This document shows positions 30,464-41,259 of a stretch of 64,000 nucleotides of DNA, in pieces; position 1 is the first letter of the stretch; each line of letters opens with the position of its first letter. Made by a program: the position numbers and the translations under genes. Source of the stretch: Candidatus Babeliales bacterium (GTDB taxonomy: Bacteria; Babelota; Babeliae; Babelales; JANWKD01); the NCBI GenBank assembly GCA_963762115.1, contig CAVXJH010000003.1, positions 288,001-352,000 of the forward strand, in the 5' to 3' direction. Below the pieces are notes generated by a model that made no database searches, was not told where the DNA came from, and saw only the letters and a list, made by a program, of their open reading frames with translations.

Positions 30464-30716
30464 GAAAACGACCTTTCAACAGGATCAGAATTTAATTTTT
30501 ATTTGTTACAAAAAGTATAACGAAAATAGTTTTTTTAACAAGAATGTGACATGTATTTTCTTTTTTAAATCAAGAGATCTGCCTGAGTCAAGGAATATGA
30601 AAAAAATTTTGGAATTGTCATTCTGAACATAAGCGAAGCTCAAAACGATAAACTTTAAATTTAATACGCAAACGTAAATCAAAATACTCAAAATTAATGG
30701 TTTGTTATAACCCACA

Positions 30717-30853
30717 TGTCTTCCCGAGGCACATTGTGCCGTGGGGATCCAGATTATAATGTTCTGATAAATAAAATTCCTAAAAATGAACGGAAAATGA
30801 ATAGAATTTTATATGCTGGGTTGCCACGTCGACAATGTCGACTCGCAATGACA
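30717..30853. repeat. REP-doublet palindromic element, copy 1
   Basis: TGTCTTCCCGAGGCACATTGTGCCGTGGGGATCCAG…CTGGGTTGCCACGTCGACAATGTCGACTCGCAATGACA; homologous to 37214, 41324 and 59545. Confidence 0.85.
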
Positions 30854-30906
30854 TTTTGTGAGATTTTATTTATTTTCTTCGTTACTTACTAATATAATAG
30901 CCCCTG

Positions 30907-33003
30907 CTATTTCTCTTGAATTGTTTTTTCGCGTAGCTGAGTAATCTCTTGAATTGCTTCATATGCTTTCTGTTGTTCCGATAGTGGTTTTTCAAAAATA
31001 GAAGTAAGGGATTTTTGTTTTTTCTTAAGGCGTAAAGGTTTATTACTACGCATGATTCTGCTCTTTAGTTCTTTAAATTTTTTTTCATACTCTGATGCAT
31101 TAATTGGTTTGAAATTCCACCATTGAGGTTTAAATATGTCTGCTGCTTCCCAATGAAAGGCTTCATACTTATATTCCCACGCTGTTTTATTTATTTGAAA
31201 TCGTACTATTACAACCATGCCATATTCATCTTGTGTTTCAATGCTTACATTATATAAAACAACATGCTCTCCATCACCTGGCAATTCTTTTTCAAGAGGT
31301 TTTTCATGAGGATTATTTGCAATTGCTCGAGCTGCTTTTAAAATTAAAGAAATATCATTCGGCCCTTCTAACGTTTCAATATAAAAAGTTTTGAGTGTTG
31401 GCCTTTCGGTTAGATTGCAAAATGCATCCCGAAACGCCATAAATATACCACCCGACCCTTTAAAAGCATCGCCTTCAACAACTATTTTGCTCAAATATTG
31501 AGACGCATTGCCATGTGTCATTGAAATAATATTAGGATAAAGATATTGATTATCCTTTAATAATGCGCTATCAATTTTTTTGGTAAAGATAGACTGTTGT
31601 TTCTCTTCATCAAAAAATTTTTCATTACGCGTTATAATATCTGAAAATGTTGGCAAATTTTCCCATTGTCTTTTTGCTAGTTCTCGCAGATTAACATCTA
31701 AAGGAAGATGGGATGAACGCACTATAAGAGGTACATTAATTATTGGTGGATATACAAGCACATTCAACACATAGTCAAATTTTGGGTCATCATGCAGTTT
31801 TTTTGGATATACCTGAATAGGCCTATTTTCAAGTTCTGCAGTGCGTACTTTTACTTTACCAAGTACCATAACATTATTGCTAGAAGTGAATGATTGAATT
31901 TCAATGCCTCCAGGCAAAATAATTTGAGGAATATTAGTTTGAGCATGAATATCTTGGGATGTCTTATTAATTTCACCGAGTATACTCAACAAATTTTGAA
32001 GACTATGGTGCGTAGTGTTTTCTAAGTTTTGAGCAATATCAAAGATATTTGCAAAAAAGGATTTGTTTGTAAAAAAAGAAGTAGGAATATCACCCACCGA
32101 GTTAACTATAATGATAAAATCGAGTGGAAAAAAAATTTTATCATTATTTATATCATCTTTAAATTTAATGCTGCTTAAATTCTCTCCACCCAGATAACAT
32201 GAAGCTATAATTAAAACACCTATACGCATATAATTATTAAAAAAAGTAAGCAGCTCTTGCATTTCAATGGGCGTTAAATTTGCAATAACGGGATCGGGTT
32301 TTGGTGAACCATGGCCAGAAAAATAAATATCCCAAATTGGTCCTTCCCAGGCTTCTTGACGATGAATAGGAAGAGAACGCTCATCTTTGCTTGGAGGTAA
32401 GATCGTAGCAAATATTTTTTTAAGATCATGCGAAATCTCTTTTACCGTTTCTTTTGATATGATTTTTTCTTTTTCTGGTATGTCTTTTATAGTTGGTTTT
32501 AATAGTTCAAGCAATTGGGTATAGTCATTGCTTTCTTGAGTTGGTAGAATATCTAGTTTTTTTAGGGAATTAACATTAAAAACTGCTGATGTAAAAAGAT
32601 TTTTTTTAGTCTTGGGCAGAAGAAGATATAGCTGGTTATCATGAGCAAAATAATGCGTATTAATAGGAACATAAAGTTCCCATTCTTCATTTGGAATAGA
32701 AGTATCTTTAAGTAGTTGATTTTCGCGATGATTTGGATCATTCCAATTTTGTCTTCGATCTATAAAATTATAAAAAATTGCCCTACTAACTAAAATTGGA
32801 GCATTCCGTTCTAATATACCTATATTGAGATCTCGCGTATCAGGCCCCAGCCTATACATGGATAGAGTTTCATTGTCATCTTGCTCCATAATAAATATTA
32901 AGGGAACATGCATTCCTTTTTTATAGGTAACACTCTGTGAATGGCAAAACAGCGGGAAAAATAAGATGCAAACTATGTATACACATTTTTTTACAAACTG
33001 CAT
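30907..33003 (-). CDS. Large exported protein; candidate clan-CD (caspase-fold) cysteine protease
   Basis: Signal peptide; WDIYFSGHG and IIASCY motifs about 38 aa apart. Confidence 0.5.
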   Translation of the reverse strand: MQFVKKCVYIVCILFFPLFCHSQSVTYKKGMHVPLIFIMEQDDNETLSMYRLGPDTRDLNIGILERNAPILVSRAIFYNFIDRRQNWNDPNHRENQLLKDTSIPNEEWELYVPINTHYFAHDNQLYLLLPKTKKNLFTSAVFNVNSLKKLDILPTQESNDYTQLLELLKPTIKDIPEKEKIISKETVKEISHDLKKIFATILPPSKDERSLPIHRQEAWEGPIWDIYFSGHGSPKPDPVIANLTPIEMQELLTFFNNYMRIGVLIIASCYLGGENLSSIKFKDDINNDKIFFPLDFIIIVNSVGDIPTSFFTNKSFFANIFDIAQNLENTTHHSLQNLLSILGEINKTSQDIHAQTNIPQIILPGGIEIQSFTSSNNVMVLGKVKVRTAELENRPIQVYPKKLHDDPKFDYVLNVLVYPPIINVPLIVRSSHLPLDVNLRELAKRQWENLPTFSDIITRNEKFFDEEKQQSIFTKKIDSALLKDNQYLYPNIISMTHGNASQYLSKIVVEGDAFKGSGGIFMAFRDAFCNLTERPTLKTFYIETLEGPNDISLILKAARAIANNPHEKPLEKELPGDGEHVVLYNVSIETQDEYGMVVIVRFQINKTAWEYKYEAFHWEAADIFKPQWWNFKPINASEYEKKFKELKSRIMRSNKPLRLKKKQKSLTSIFEKPLSEQQKAYEAIQEITQLREKTIQEK

Positions 33004-33081
33004 AAGCCCCCTTTAATAAATCAATAGCTATATATTTCAATTTAGCAATTATTGCTTGAATTTTGCAACAATAATAAGCAT

Positions 33082-33921
33082 TTACGATTTAATGAGATGT
33101 ATGCGAGCGCATGTTTCTTTATAAAGAGAAGATTCTCTTGACGGCGATGGATAAAAAACACCTTCAACTTGAGAAATGAGCAAGGAAAAGAATGTTTCAT
33201 CTTTTTTTAATACGACAGGCTTGGCAATAACTTCATTACTATGTTCTGCTAGATACAGAAGAAAAGCTGCTAAATTCTTGAGCTCTAATGCTTTTGAATC
33301 CGCATAAGCAACATCAACAGAAACATCAATAGTTTTAGGCTGTGTTACAATAGAATAACGAGCAATAATATCTTCGTTATTTTCCCAAAATTGAACATCA
33401 TTTTTTCTTTTTTGCTGCAGCAGTTTATGGGCTCGTTCTAATCCTAAGAGTGGTAACGCTTTTCTAGCATAATCTCTTAGGCGTGATAAGGGCGTGTGTA
33501 ATAACGTGGTATAATTCAAAAAAGCATATTTGGTAATTACACTCATTTTTTTCAAAAGCTGTTTTTGTGTTTCATCCGTATGTAACATATATCTGACCTG
33601 TACTTTTGGTATTTCAAATTTTTTATGGAGAGTTTTTACCAAATGAGCAGAATTTTGTTCATTTTCTACTATATATTCCAGCTCGAGCTCTGGATTGACT
33701 CGTTTACAAGTTTGCACAAAGGTAACGGCTTCATCCATATCTTTTGCATAACCAATAGCATTAGAAACAATCTTTGCCTTAAGCTCTACAGGAACAGGAA
33801 TAAACATTGTTTTTTCAACAGCGTGTTCCATTGCCATACTATTCTTAAAAAAAGCTATGAGCAAAAGAAATAACAGCTTCAAGTATAGTCTATTCAAAGA
33901 GAGATCAAATAAAGAACTCAT
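33082..33921 (-). CDS. Exported protein with F-box-like N-terminal motif
   Basis: Signal-like hydrophobic stretch, then PVPVELKAKIV…CKRVN. Confidence 0.45.
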   Translation of the reverse strand: MSSLFDLSLNRLYLKLLFLLLIAFFKNSMAMEHAVEKTMFIPVPVELKAKIVSNAIGYAKDMDEAVTFVQTCKRVNPELELEYIVENEQNSAHLVKTLHKKFEIPKVQVRYMLHTDETQKQLLKKMSVITKYAFLNYTTLLHTPLSRLRDYARKALPLLGLERAHKLLQQKRKNDVQFWENNEDIIARYSIVTQPKTIDVSVDVAYADSKALELKNLAAFLLYLAEHSNEVIAKPVVLKKDETFFSLLISQVEGVFYPSPSRESSLYKETCARIHLIKS

Positions 33922-34118
33922 GTGATTACTTCTTTTTTATTTTTATACTCTTTAAATTTTTCACTCAATATCATCATAACAAATTTAATTATGGCAATAA
34001 TTAAACCAGAAACTACCCCCAAAACCACAGCACGAGTTACCGTAATATCCATAAAATAATTACTTAACCCCATAAATAAACCTATTATCAATCCGTAAAC
34101 TAATCCTGTATAATCCAT
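33918..34118 (-). CDS. Small two-TM membrane protein
   Basis: 66 aa with two hydrophobic helices; GAGGAAGGGG RBS; 4-nt overlap with the next gene. Confidence 0.6.
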   Translation of the reverse strand: MDYTGLVYGLIIGLFMGLSNYFMDITVTRAVVLGVVSGLIIAIIKFVMMILSEKFKEYKNKKEVIT

Positions 34119-34230
34119 AAATTAAGCCCCTTCCTCATGAATTTTATTAATTTTCCAAATTTTGCTATACTTATAGTATCATTTGACCAAGGAAAGATAA
34201 ACTATTTAAACCAAGTAGATCAAGAAATTC

Positions 34231-36054
34231 ATGGACATAAAAAAACAAAAATTACAGGATTTTACTCCTGATAAAATTAGAAATTTCTCTATTATTGCGC
34301 ACATTGATCATGGCAAATCAACGTTGGCTGACCGGCTCCTAGAATTCACCGGCACCTTAACTGATAGAAAACGCCATGAACAGTTCCTTGATAAACTGCA
34401 AGTAGAAAAAGAACGCGGCATCACCGTTAAAGCACAAACCGCCTCTATGTTTTATGAATACAAAGGTGAAACATACCTGCTCAACCTCATTGACACCCCC
34501 GGTCACGTTGATTTCACGTATGAAGTTTCACGGTCCCTTTACGCATGCCAAGGCGCCCTGCTTCTTGTTGACGCAGCACAAGGGGTCCAAGCGCAAACAA
34601 TGGCCAATTTCTACCTTGCTTTTGATCAAGATCTCACCATTGTGCCCGTCATTAATAAAATTGATATGGCCGCAGCAAATCCTGAAAGAGTTGCCCAAGA
34701 GTTAAAAAAATTATTTGATATTGAACCCAAGGAAAATGTCCTTGCCTCTGCAAAAAATGGTATTGGTATTGATCAAATTTTAGAAGCAGTTATCACTCGT
34801 ATGCCCGCACCAACATCACAAGCACAAGCACCACTCAAAGCACTGCTTTTTGACTCTTGGTTTAATGATTATAAAGGCGTTATTTGTTTAATTGCTATCA
34901 AAAATGGCACTATTGCAAAAGGCGATAAAATTACCTTGGCGCAAACAGGAGAATCATACGAAGTACTTGAACTTGGGTTAATGTATCCTGATGAAACCCC
35001 CATGGAAGCCTTATATGCAGGACAAGTTGGTTATCTTATTGCCGGTATGAAAACCGTTAAAGAAGCGCGCGTTGGTGATACGATTTTCCATTCAAAAGAA
35101 CCTGTTGAAGCTTTTCCTGGCTTCAAACCTTCAAAGCCTATGGTATTTGCCGGTATTTATCCTCTTGATACGTCAGAACTCGAGGCATTACGCGATGCAA
35201 TTGAAAAATTAACCCTTAATGATGCCAGCGTTACTGTTGAAAAAGAAACATCTATTTCACTTGGCCTTGGCTTTCGCTGTGGCTTTCTTGGCTTATTACA
35301 TTTGGATGTTTTTAAACAACGCCTTGAACAAGAATATAATGTTACCGCCATTATAACACCGCCAAGTGTATTATATCGAGTAAAAATGAAATACACGGGT
35401 GATATGGTTGATATTGAAAGCCCTGCTGATTTTCCTGAACCGCAAAAAATCGATGAAATTTTGGAACCCATGATCAATGCTACGATCATTTTGCCAAAAC
35501 AATATTTGGGAAACATCCTGAAATTATGTCAGGAAAAACGTGGCAAACAATTAGAAATGAATTTTTTAAATGAAGATAGACTCATTTTGCGCTACAAATT
35601 ACCTTTAAATGAGGTTGCTACCGATTTTTATGATAGTTTAAAATCACTGAGCTCTGGTTATGCAAGTTTTGATTATGAAGAAGCTGACTATGAACCTGCA
35701 GATTTAGTAAAAATGGATATTTTAATTAATGGTCGCCCTGTTGATGCGTTATCAGTCATTGTTCATAGTGATAATGCCTATTATATTGGGAGAGATTTTG
35801 TTGCCCGCTTACGAAAATTAATTCCTCGCCAAATGATTGAGGTTGCTATTCAAGCAGCTTTGGGCTCAAAAGTTATTGCTCGCGAAACGATTCAGGCTTT
35901 CCGTAAAGACGTTATTGCAAAATGTTATGGCGGCGATATCACCAGAAAACGAAAATTGCTTGAAAAGCAAAAAGAAGGTAAAAAGAAAATGAAGCAAGTG
36001 GGAAATGTTGAAATACCGCAAGAAGCTTTTTTTGCCGTTCTAAAAAAAGAATAA
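34231..36054 (+). CDS. lepA: Elongation factor 4
   Basis: IRNFSIIAHIDHGKSTLADR, DTPGH, NKID, KCYGGDITRKRKLL. Confidence 0.98.
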   Translation: MDIKKQKLQDFTPDKIRNFSIIAHIDHGKSTLADRLLEFTGTLTDRKRHEQFLDKLQVEKERGITVKAQTASMFYEYKGETYLLNLIDTPGHVDFTYEVSRSLYACQGALLLVDAAQGVQAQTMANFYLAFDQDLTIVPVINKIDMAAANPERVAQELKKLFDIEPKENVLASAKNGIGIDQILEAVITRMPAPTSQAQAPLKALLFDSWFNDYKGVICLIAIKNGTIAKGDKITLAQTGESYEVLELGLMYPDETPMEALYAGQVGYLIAGMKTVKEARVGDTIFHSKEPVEAFPGFKPSKPMVFAGIYPLDTSELEALRDAIEKLTLNDASVTVEKETSISLGLGFRCGFLGLLHLDVFKQRLEQEYNVTAIITPPSVLYRVKMKYTGDMVDIESPADFPEPQKIDEILEPMINATIILPKQYLGNILKLCQEKRGKQLEMNFLNEDRLILRYKLPLNEVATDFYDSLKSLSSGYASFDYEEADYEPADLVKMDILINGRPVDALSVIVHSDNAYYIGRDFVARLRKLIPRQMIEVAIQAALGSKVIARETIQAFRKDVIAKCYGGDITRKRKLLEKQKEGKKKMKQVGNVEIPQEAFFAVLKKE

Positions 36055-36073
36055 AAAAAGGAACCTTTGTATC

Positions 36074-37150
36074 ATGACAGAACAAAATGCAAATCAAATT
36101 TTTTCGGGAAATGTTTTTATATTTCAAGCTTTTGATATAGGCGAAGATATCAATCTTGATCACATTAAACAATCACATACGGTGATGGCACGCCCTCTTT
36201 CACTATCAAAATATTTTAAAAATTATCATACCCCCTTACCAATTGATTTACCGCATCCGCATGCAAACTCAAAATGCATTAGTGCAAACATTCATAGCTT
36301 TGGCGTCATCTCATTAATGTATAAAATCCCCTTTCGCGATACTCTAGAAAACTTAAGAAAACGATTCAATGCTCTTGATATTGAATTTCAAGAACAAGGC
36401 GTGGTAGATGCAGGATCAATTTTTAAGGAAATTCAACATGATATCAAACAGCCACGTTTTTTTCATTTAAGAACTTCTTATGCTGTTATTCAAGTTGATA
36501 CACTACCAGCACTTTCAACCGTTACTTTAAAAGATACGCATGGCGGCACTATCGTTTCATTGCTCCGTTTTGAAACTGAAAATTTAAGTGAATATCAAAA
36601 AAATGAAATCCTAGATTCAGCAATTGGGTATTATCGTGGTGATTTATTCATCATTGATACACAAGCTGCCTTTGTCTATGACGAAGAATATAGTGAAATA
36701 CTTGATCTCTTTGAATTTGCTAATATTCAACAATTAGAATTACAATATTTTGATCGCATGCTTGATCAACAACTCAATGTTGTCTATCAACGCGAGGTAC
36801 GCGCATTACCATTAAAAGCATATATGCCCTTTATTGGTTCGTTACCCAAAGATCAAGTTGGCTCATTAAATATTTTGAAAGTTGATATTTCTGTTATTAT
36901 CGAACGATTAAAAAGTAGTATCAAACTTGCTGGTGAAGAATATATTTCCGAACTTTATGCTTTACTTGTTGATCGCTTGGATATTGATAATTGGAAAGCT
37001 TCAATCGATGATAAATTACAAATCATTCAAGATATTAATTCCGTCTATCAGGCTAAAATTGATATTATTCGCGAAGACTCATTATCAGTATTGATTATTC
37101 TTCTTATTTTCATTGAATTGGTAGTGGGTATTTTGAATTATTTTAAATAA
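36074..37150 (+). CDS. Conserved hypothetical protein (RMD1/DUF155-like), C-terminal TM
   Basis: FEFANIQQLELQYFD, IDNWKASIDDKL, IILLIFIEL. Confidence 0.5.
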   Translation: MTEQNANQIFSGNVFIFQAFDIGEDINLDHIKQSHTVMARPLSLSKYFKNYHTPLPIDLPHPHANSKCISANIHSFGVISLMYKIPFRDTLENLRKRFNALDIEFQEQGVVDAGSIFKEIQHDIKQPRFFHLRTSYAVIQVDTLPALSTVTLKDTHGGTIVSLLRFETENLSEYQKNEILDSAIGYYRGDLFIIDTQAAFVYDEEYSEILDLFEFANIQQLELQYFDRMLDQQLNVVYQREVRALPLKAYMPFIGSLPKDQVGSLNILKVDISVIIERLKSSIKLAGEEYISELYALLVDRLDIDNWKASIDDKLQIIQDINSVYQAKIDIIREDSLSVLIILLIFIELVVGILNYFK

Positions 37151-37447
37151 CCAAATCAGATAAGTAAAAAAACGTAAATTTAGCTTAACGCAAAAAGACA
37201 TTAAAATCAGAATTGTCATTGCGAACCTACGAAGCTTCTAGCGAAGTAGGTGTGGCAACCCAGATAATAAAATTCTTTTTATTTTTCAATTAAATTCGAT
37301 TTACTATTTCAATAAAATTGAATTTAAGAAATTTTATTCATAAGAATATTATAATCTGGATCCCCACGGCACAATGTGCCTCGGGAAGACATTTTGGGAT
37401 ATTTTATTTATTCATAAGTCGATATTTTTTTCATCGAGTTCATGTTA
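37148..37447. mobile_element. MITE-like element with internal REP doublet, copy 2 (core 37214..37391, reverse orientation)
   Basis: TGTCATTGCGA…GTGGCAACCCAG and CTGGATCCCCACGGCACAATGTGCCTCGGGAAGACA; outer end reads TAACATGAACTCGATG on the minus strand. Confidence 0.7.
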
Positions 37448-37542
37448 AGTAATTACTATAATCAATATCTTGCAAAAATAAAGCCTAATGCACTAAACTT
37501 TTTATTATACGATTATTTAATGCTTCAAAATAGGAGTTTAAA

Positions 37543-37722
37543 ATGTTATTACATTGGGCTTTTTTGTTTCTTATTCTTGCCCTGGTCGCAGGCTTTCTAG
37601 GTTTTTTTGGCTTGGCAGCAGAAAGTGCTGGCATAGCAAAAATCTTATTCTTAGTTTTTTTAATTGTTTTTGTTATTTCATTTGTTATTAATTTATTGCG
37701 TGGCAAACAACCACCTGCATAA
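37543..37722 (+). CDS. DUF1328/UPF0391 (YtjA-like) small membrane protein, 59 aa
   Basis: [49 protein letters not shown]…; absent from the ORF track. Confidence 0.9.
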   Translation: MLLHWAFLFLILALVAGFLGFFGLAAESAGIAKILFLVFLIVFVISFVINLLRGKQPPA

Positions 37723-37744
37723 TTTTGAAACTACCTAAACCACT

Positions 37745-38038
37745 TTATTGAACTGCTTCCAATATTTTTCGTAAATAATCTTCATACTGCTGATCTAATG
37801 CATCCCATAATTTTTCAGCAGTAGTTACATCTAATATTTCTGCAGTTCGTGGAATATACGCAAAAAAAATGGGGTCATTGTTATAACGATATTCCTTTGC
37901 TACATACAACTCATCATCATTTTTTTTGAAAATAACCCATGCTTGGAATTCTTCTTTTTTAATGTCATCACCAAAAGTAGAAAGCATAATTTTTGGCAAA
38001 AGCAAACTGCATACTATCACAAAAAAAAATCGCTTCAT
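37745..38038 (-). CDS. Hypothetical exported protein
   Basis: GGGAG RBS, signal-like N-terminus. Confidence 0.55.
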   Translation of the reverse strand: MKRFFFVIVCSLLLPKIMLSTFGDDIKKEEFQAWVIFKKNDDELYVAKEYRYNNDPIFFAYIPRTAEILDVTTAEKLWDALDQQYEDYLRKILEAVQ

Positions 38039-38127
38039 AGTATTCTCCCGTACTATTACACTCTTTCTGATTAGTCAATGCCCATATTTCTATGGTTTAC
38101 TCTACTTTTTTTAAAAAAACAATTTTT

Positions 38128-38607
38128 TTATAGCAAATTCATAGTAATTAATTGTTGCTCAACAACATCAAAATTTTCACAATGAACACCTTTTATGCCA
38201 ACACATTCCGCAGCTTGCACATTTTCAAGCAAATCATCAATAAACACACAGTCTTTTGCCTCTAATTGAAACTGCTCTAAAAAATGTTCATATATTCTTC
38301 TATCAGGCTTTGCAAATTGAAGATTCCCCGAAATAACAACGCCATCAAAAAGATTAAAGATAGAAGAATATTCTTGTGTCAATGCGTGGAAATTTGGTGC
38401 TTTCCAATTTGAAAGAATATAGAGATTATGCAGCTTCTTTCCCTGTTCGTTCTGTTGAGCGTAACATTTTTTCAACATTTCAATGCCACGCTCCAAAGGA
38501 ATATACTCCTTTGCCGCTGGAAATTTACAATACGATTGAAATAAAACACCGCCAATATCAAAAATAATATTGGCGGAAATTCTTTTTTTATTTTCTTCAG
38601 AACTCAT
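38128..38607 (-). CDS. HAD-superfamily hydrolase (YihX-like, short cap)
   Basis: FDIGGVL, ILSN, KPDRRIY, FIDD…NV. Confidence 0.85.
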   Translation of the reverse strand: MSSEENKKRISANIIFDIGGVLFQSYCKFPAAKEYIPLERGIEMLKKCYAQQNEQGKKLHNLYILSNWKAPNFHALTQEYSSIFNLFDGVVISGNLQFAKPDRRIYEHFLEQFQLEAKDCVFIDDLLENVQAAECVGIKGVHCENFDVVEQQLITMNLL

Positions 38608-38627
38608 AGCAACTCACCTTTTCCACA

Positions 38628-39176
38628 TTACTGAGCAATACTTACTTGCGCTGGTCGAATAACCGAATCTTTAAAACGATACCCTTTTTGCAATACTTCA
38701 ACAATATTACCAGAAGGAATATCTGATGATTGCACCGTCATAACTGCTTCATGCAGTTGCGGATCAAATTCTGTTACTTCTTTAATTTCTTGTAAACCAA
38801 TACTCGTAAAATATTTTTGTAAGTCTTTATCAATTAAAATAATACCAGCAAACCAAGCTTGCAATTCAGCAGGAATTTCATCACTTTTCTTTTGCTTTAA
38901 TGCACGTTCAAAATTATCAACGATCGGCAATAATCCGGTGACCAATTCTGCCTGAGCATAACGAGTAACTTGCAAACGCGCTTTTTCTTCACGCCGTTTA
39001 AAATTTTCAAAATCAGCAGTTATTCGCAAACAACGCTCTTTCCACTCTTGTAATTGACTTTGGCATTGAAACAATTGATTTTGATCTTCGCCATGATTTT
39101 TTGTTTCTTGCGCAGCGCCCATTACAAAATCTTCTGGAGCACCATGCATGTCTTGTGTATATTCTGAACTATTCAT
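38628..39176 (-). CDS. grpE: Nucleotide exchange factor GrpE
   Basis: ADFENFKRR, LLPIVDNFERAL, FDPQLHEAV, QKGY…IRPAQV. Confidence 0.95.
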   Translation of the reverse strand: MNSSEYTQDMHGAPEDFVMGAAQETKNHGEDQNQLFQCQSQLQEWKERCLRITADFENFKRREEKARLQVTRYAQAELVTGLLPIVDNFERALKQKKSDEIPAELQAWFAGIILIDKDLQKYFTSIGLQEIKEVTEFDPQLHEAVMTVQSSDIPSGNIVEVLQKGYRFKDSVIRPAQVSIAQ

Positions 39177-39370
39177 ACTGTTATAAAACCTTTATTCTTT
39201 TGTAATGCTTGAGTATGGGTAAATTATGCGTTAAAATCATACCAAATTTAAGTATATCATATGATAAATACGTGACAAGCATAGTAGGTTGTCTTTCTTC
39301 TTATGCAATCTTTTTTGGCAAGTGACTCATAAAAAAATAACTATTCAACAGAGAAAGTAACACAAAGATT

Positions 39371-40636
39371 ATGAAAAAACGTTTTTTACCTATTTTTATA
39401 ACAGGTATTATTCTCTTCATAAATAATAATGCAATTGATAATCCTCATTTTTATCGAGCCAATTTTTTTTGGGGTGAACCTCGTTTTGAAAAATCATGGC
39501 TTACTACCCTTGATACAAGTCTTGCGGGCGGATCAACCACTAAAGCAAGAAACAATAAGGGACAAATAACGCCTCTTTTAAATATTTATGGCTTACAAAA
39601 TATGCGCGTTTTAGGCACCAAAGTTGCCAATTTAGACCCTGCAAATCCCCTTGACGCCATTCTCATACAACTTTCACAAACACCGCCACGAGATAATTTT
39701 GGTAAACTTGAATATTTTGGCCGCTTCTCTACCGTTGAAACAACGTTTAATTTCTACCAAAACATTATCAATGGATTTTTTCTCCAAGCATATTTGCCCA
39801 TTCGTTATTTACGCATTGGAAGCATCGATTTTGTTGACCAATCACCAACCGATGATATTTTTCCCAACAGCACAACCCCTGTATGGGTAGATTTTTTACA
39901 AAATTTCAATGCCATTCTTGCTCAATTTAACCTAACCCAAAAAAACACATCCGAATCAGGAATTGGCGATTTTTCATTTCTTGTAGGGTGGGTACGAAAT
40001 TATGAAGAAACCTGCTATATTGATTATATTGATGTTGATGCAAAAATAGGAGTGCTTTTTCCAACGGCAAAAAAACGAAATGAAGACGTGGTATTTTCAC
40101 TTCCCCTTGGTTATAACGGTCATTATGGCGTTCCCTTAAAATTTGATTGTTCTTTGGGCTATTGGGAATGGCTTACTGCGGGTATTCACCTAGGGGCCTT
40201 ATTCCTTATTGAAAAAAATCAAACAATTCGCATGAAAACCGCTGCTGAACAAAATGGTTTTTTTGATTTAGTTAAAGGAAAAGCAAAAATTGATCCTGGC
40301 ACCTTGTGGGAAGTAAGTAACTATATTAAAGCTGATCATTTTGCAAAAGGTCTTTCTTGTCTCATTGGCTATACCTACACAAGAAAAGACCTTGACTGCA
40401 TCAATCCTTTTGACACAACTCAATTTGATCCTCTTATCGTTAATAGAGATCAACGGTTTTTAGGTTGGAATATGCATGTTATTCATTTCATGGCCGAATA
40501 TGATTTCACCAAAAAATCATCCGACCTGGGTCCCCGCGTTGGTGTTTTTTATAACCTCATTGTTGGTGGTAAAAGAATTTTCAATACGGGCATCACCAAT
40601 GCTTATGTTGGCATCGATTGTTCATGGGAATTTTAA
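39371..40636 (+). CDS. Exported protein, probable outer-membrane beta-barrel
   Basis: Signal peptide; GIGD…FPTA motif; C-terminal YVGIDCSWEF; distant paralog of 6139..7686. Confidence 0.6.
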   Translation: MKKRFLPIFITGIILFINNNAIDNPHFYRANFFWGEPRFEKSWLTTLDTSLAGGSTTKARNNKGQITPLLNIYGLQNMRVLGTKVANLDPANPLDAILIQLSQTPPRDNFGKLEYFGRFSTVETTFNFYQNIINGFFLQAYLPIRYLRIGSIDFVDQSPTDDIFPNSTTPVWVDFLQNFNAILAQFNLTQKNTSESGIGDFSFLVGWVRNYEETCYIDYIDVDAKIGVLFPTAKKRNEDVVFSLPLGYNGHYGVPLKFDCSLGYWEWLTAGIHLGALFLIEKNQTIRMKTAAEQNGFFDLVKGKAKIDPGTLWEVSNYIKADHFAKGLSCLIGYTYTRKDLDCINPFDTTQFDPLIVNRDQRFLGWNMHVIHFMAEYDFTKKSSDLGPRVGVFYNLIVGGKRIFNTGITNAYVGIDCSWEF

Positions 40637-41133
40637 TGAAAACGGCATAAGAAATCATCCGACACTATAACTTCTTTATTATATTCTACTATGCGCTGCA
40701 GATTTTTTTTACTTTGCTCAACAATTCTTTGCAAGCATACCGCCACTGCATTATGAGATTTTGTTGCATATTTTTTTCGCCATTTTTTGAATTGTTGTTC
40801 AACTGACAAAAATAAATCAAGTAAATATGCATAATCTTCCGTTAAATAAATACGCACTTCCTCTTCATTTTCAACCAAATTACTTATCGCTTCTTGAAGA
40901 GCAATAAGTTGATCGGTGATATAAGAAGATTGTCGAATCCAAGTAATATTCACGGCAGAATCAAATTTCATAACCGTAAAGTCATTAATCACTTCTTTAC
41001 ACAATGTTTCTATTTTACAAAAATCTGAAGAGAGGTAATTGCCTCCTTGATCAGCTTTTACATACTGCAAAAAAAAGCAGGTACACAGGAAAAGAAGCAG
41101 GAAGCATTTGATAAAAAAACGAATAAAAAACAT
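40633..41133 (-). CDS. Hypothetical exported helical protein
   Basis: Hydrophobic N-terminus ending VKA; 166-aa ORF. Confidence 0.55.
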   Translation of the reverse strand: MFFIRFFIKCFLLLFLCTCFFLQYVKADQGGNYLSSDFCKIETLCKEVINDFTVMKFDSAVNITWIRQSSYITDQLIALQEAISNLVENEEEVRIYLTEDYAYLLDLFLSVEQQFKKWRKKYATKSHNAVAVCLQRIVEQSKKNLQRIVEYNKEVIVSDDFLCRFH

Positions 41134-41259
41134 TATCGAACCCTACTATGATTTTGGCATTGTCTCATAAGTAGGATGACAAATTTATATTCAACTTGTC
41201 AATAATATATTATTATTTGATTTTTATTGTTTCGCTTGTTGCTGTGACTTCTATTAACT

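Noticed and set aside
37485..37706. 73-aa minus-strand ORF
   Set aside because: Antisense shadow of the DUF1328 gene at 37543..37722
39177..39370. CIRCE operator upstream of grpE
   Set aside because: No TTAGCACTC-N9-GAGTGCTAA-like sequence found
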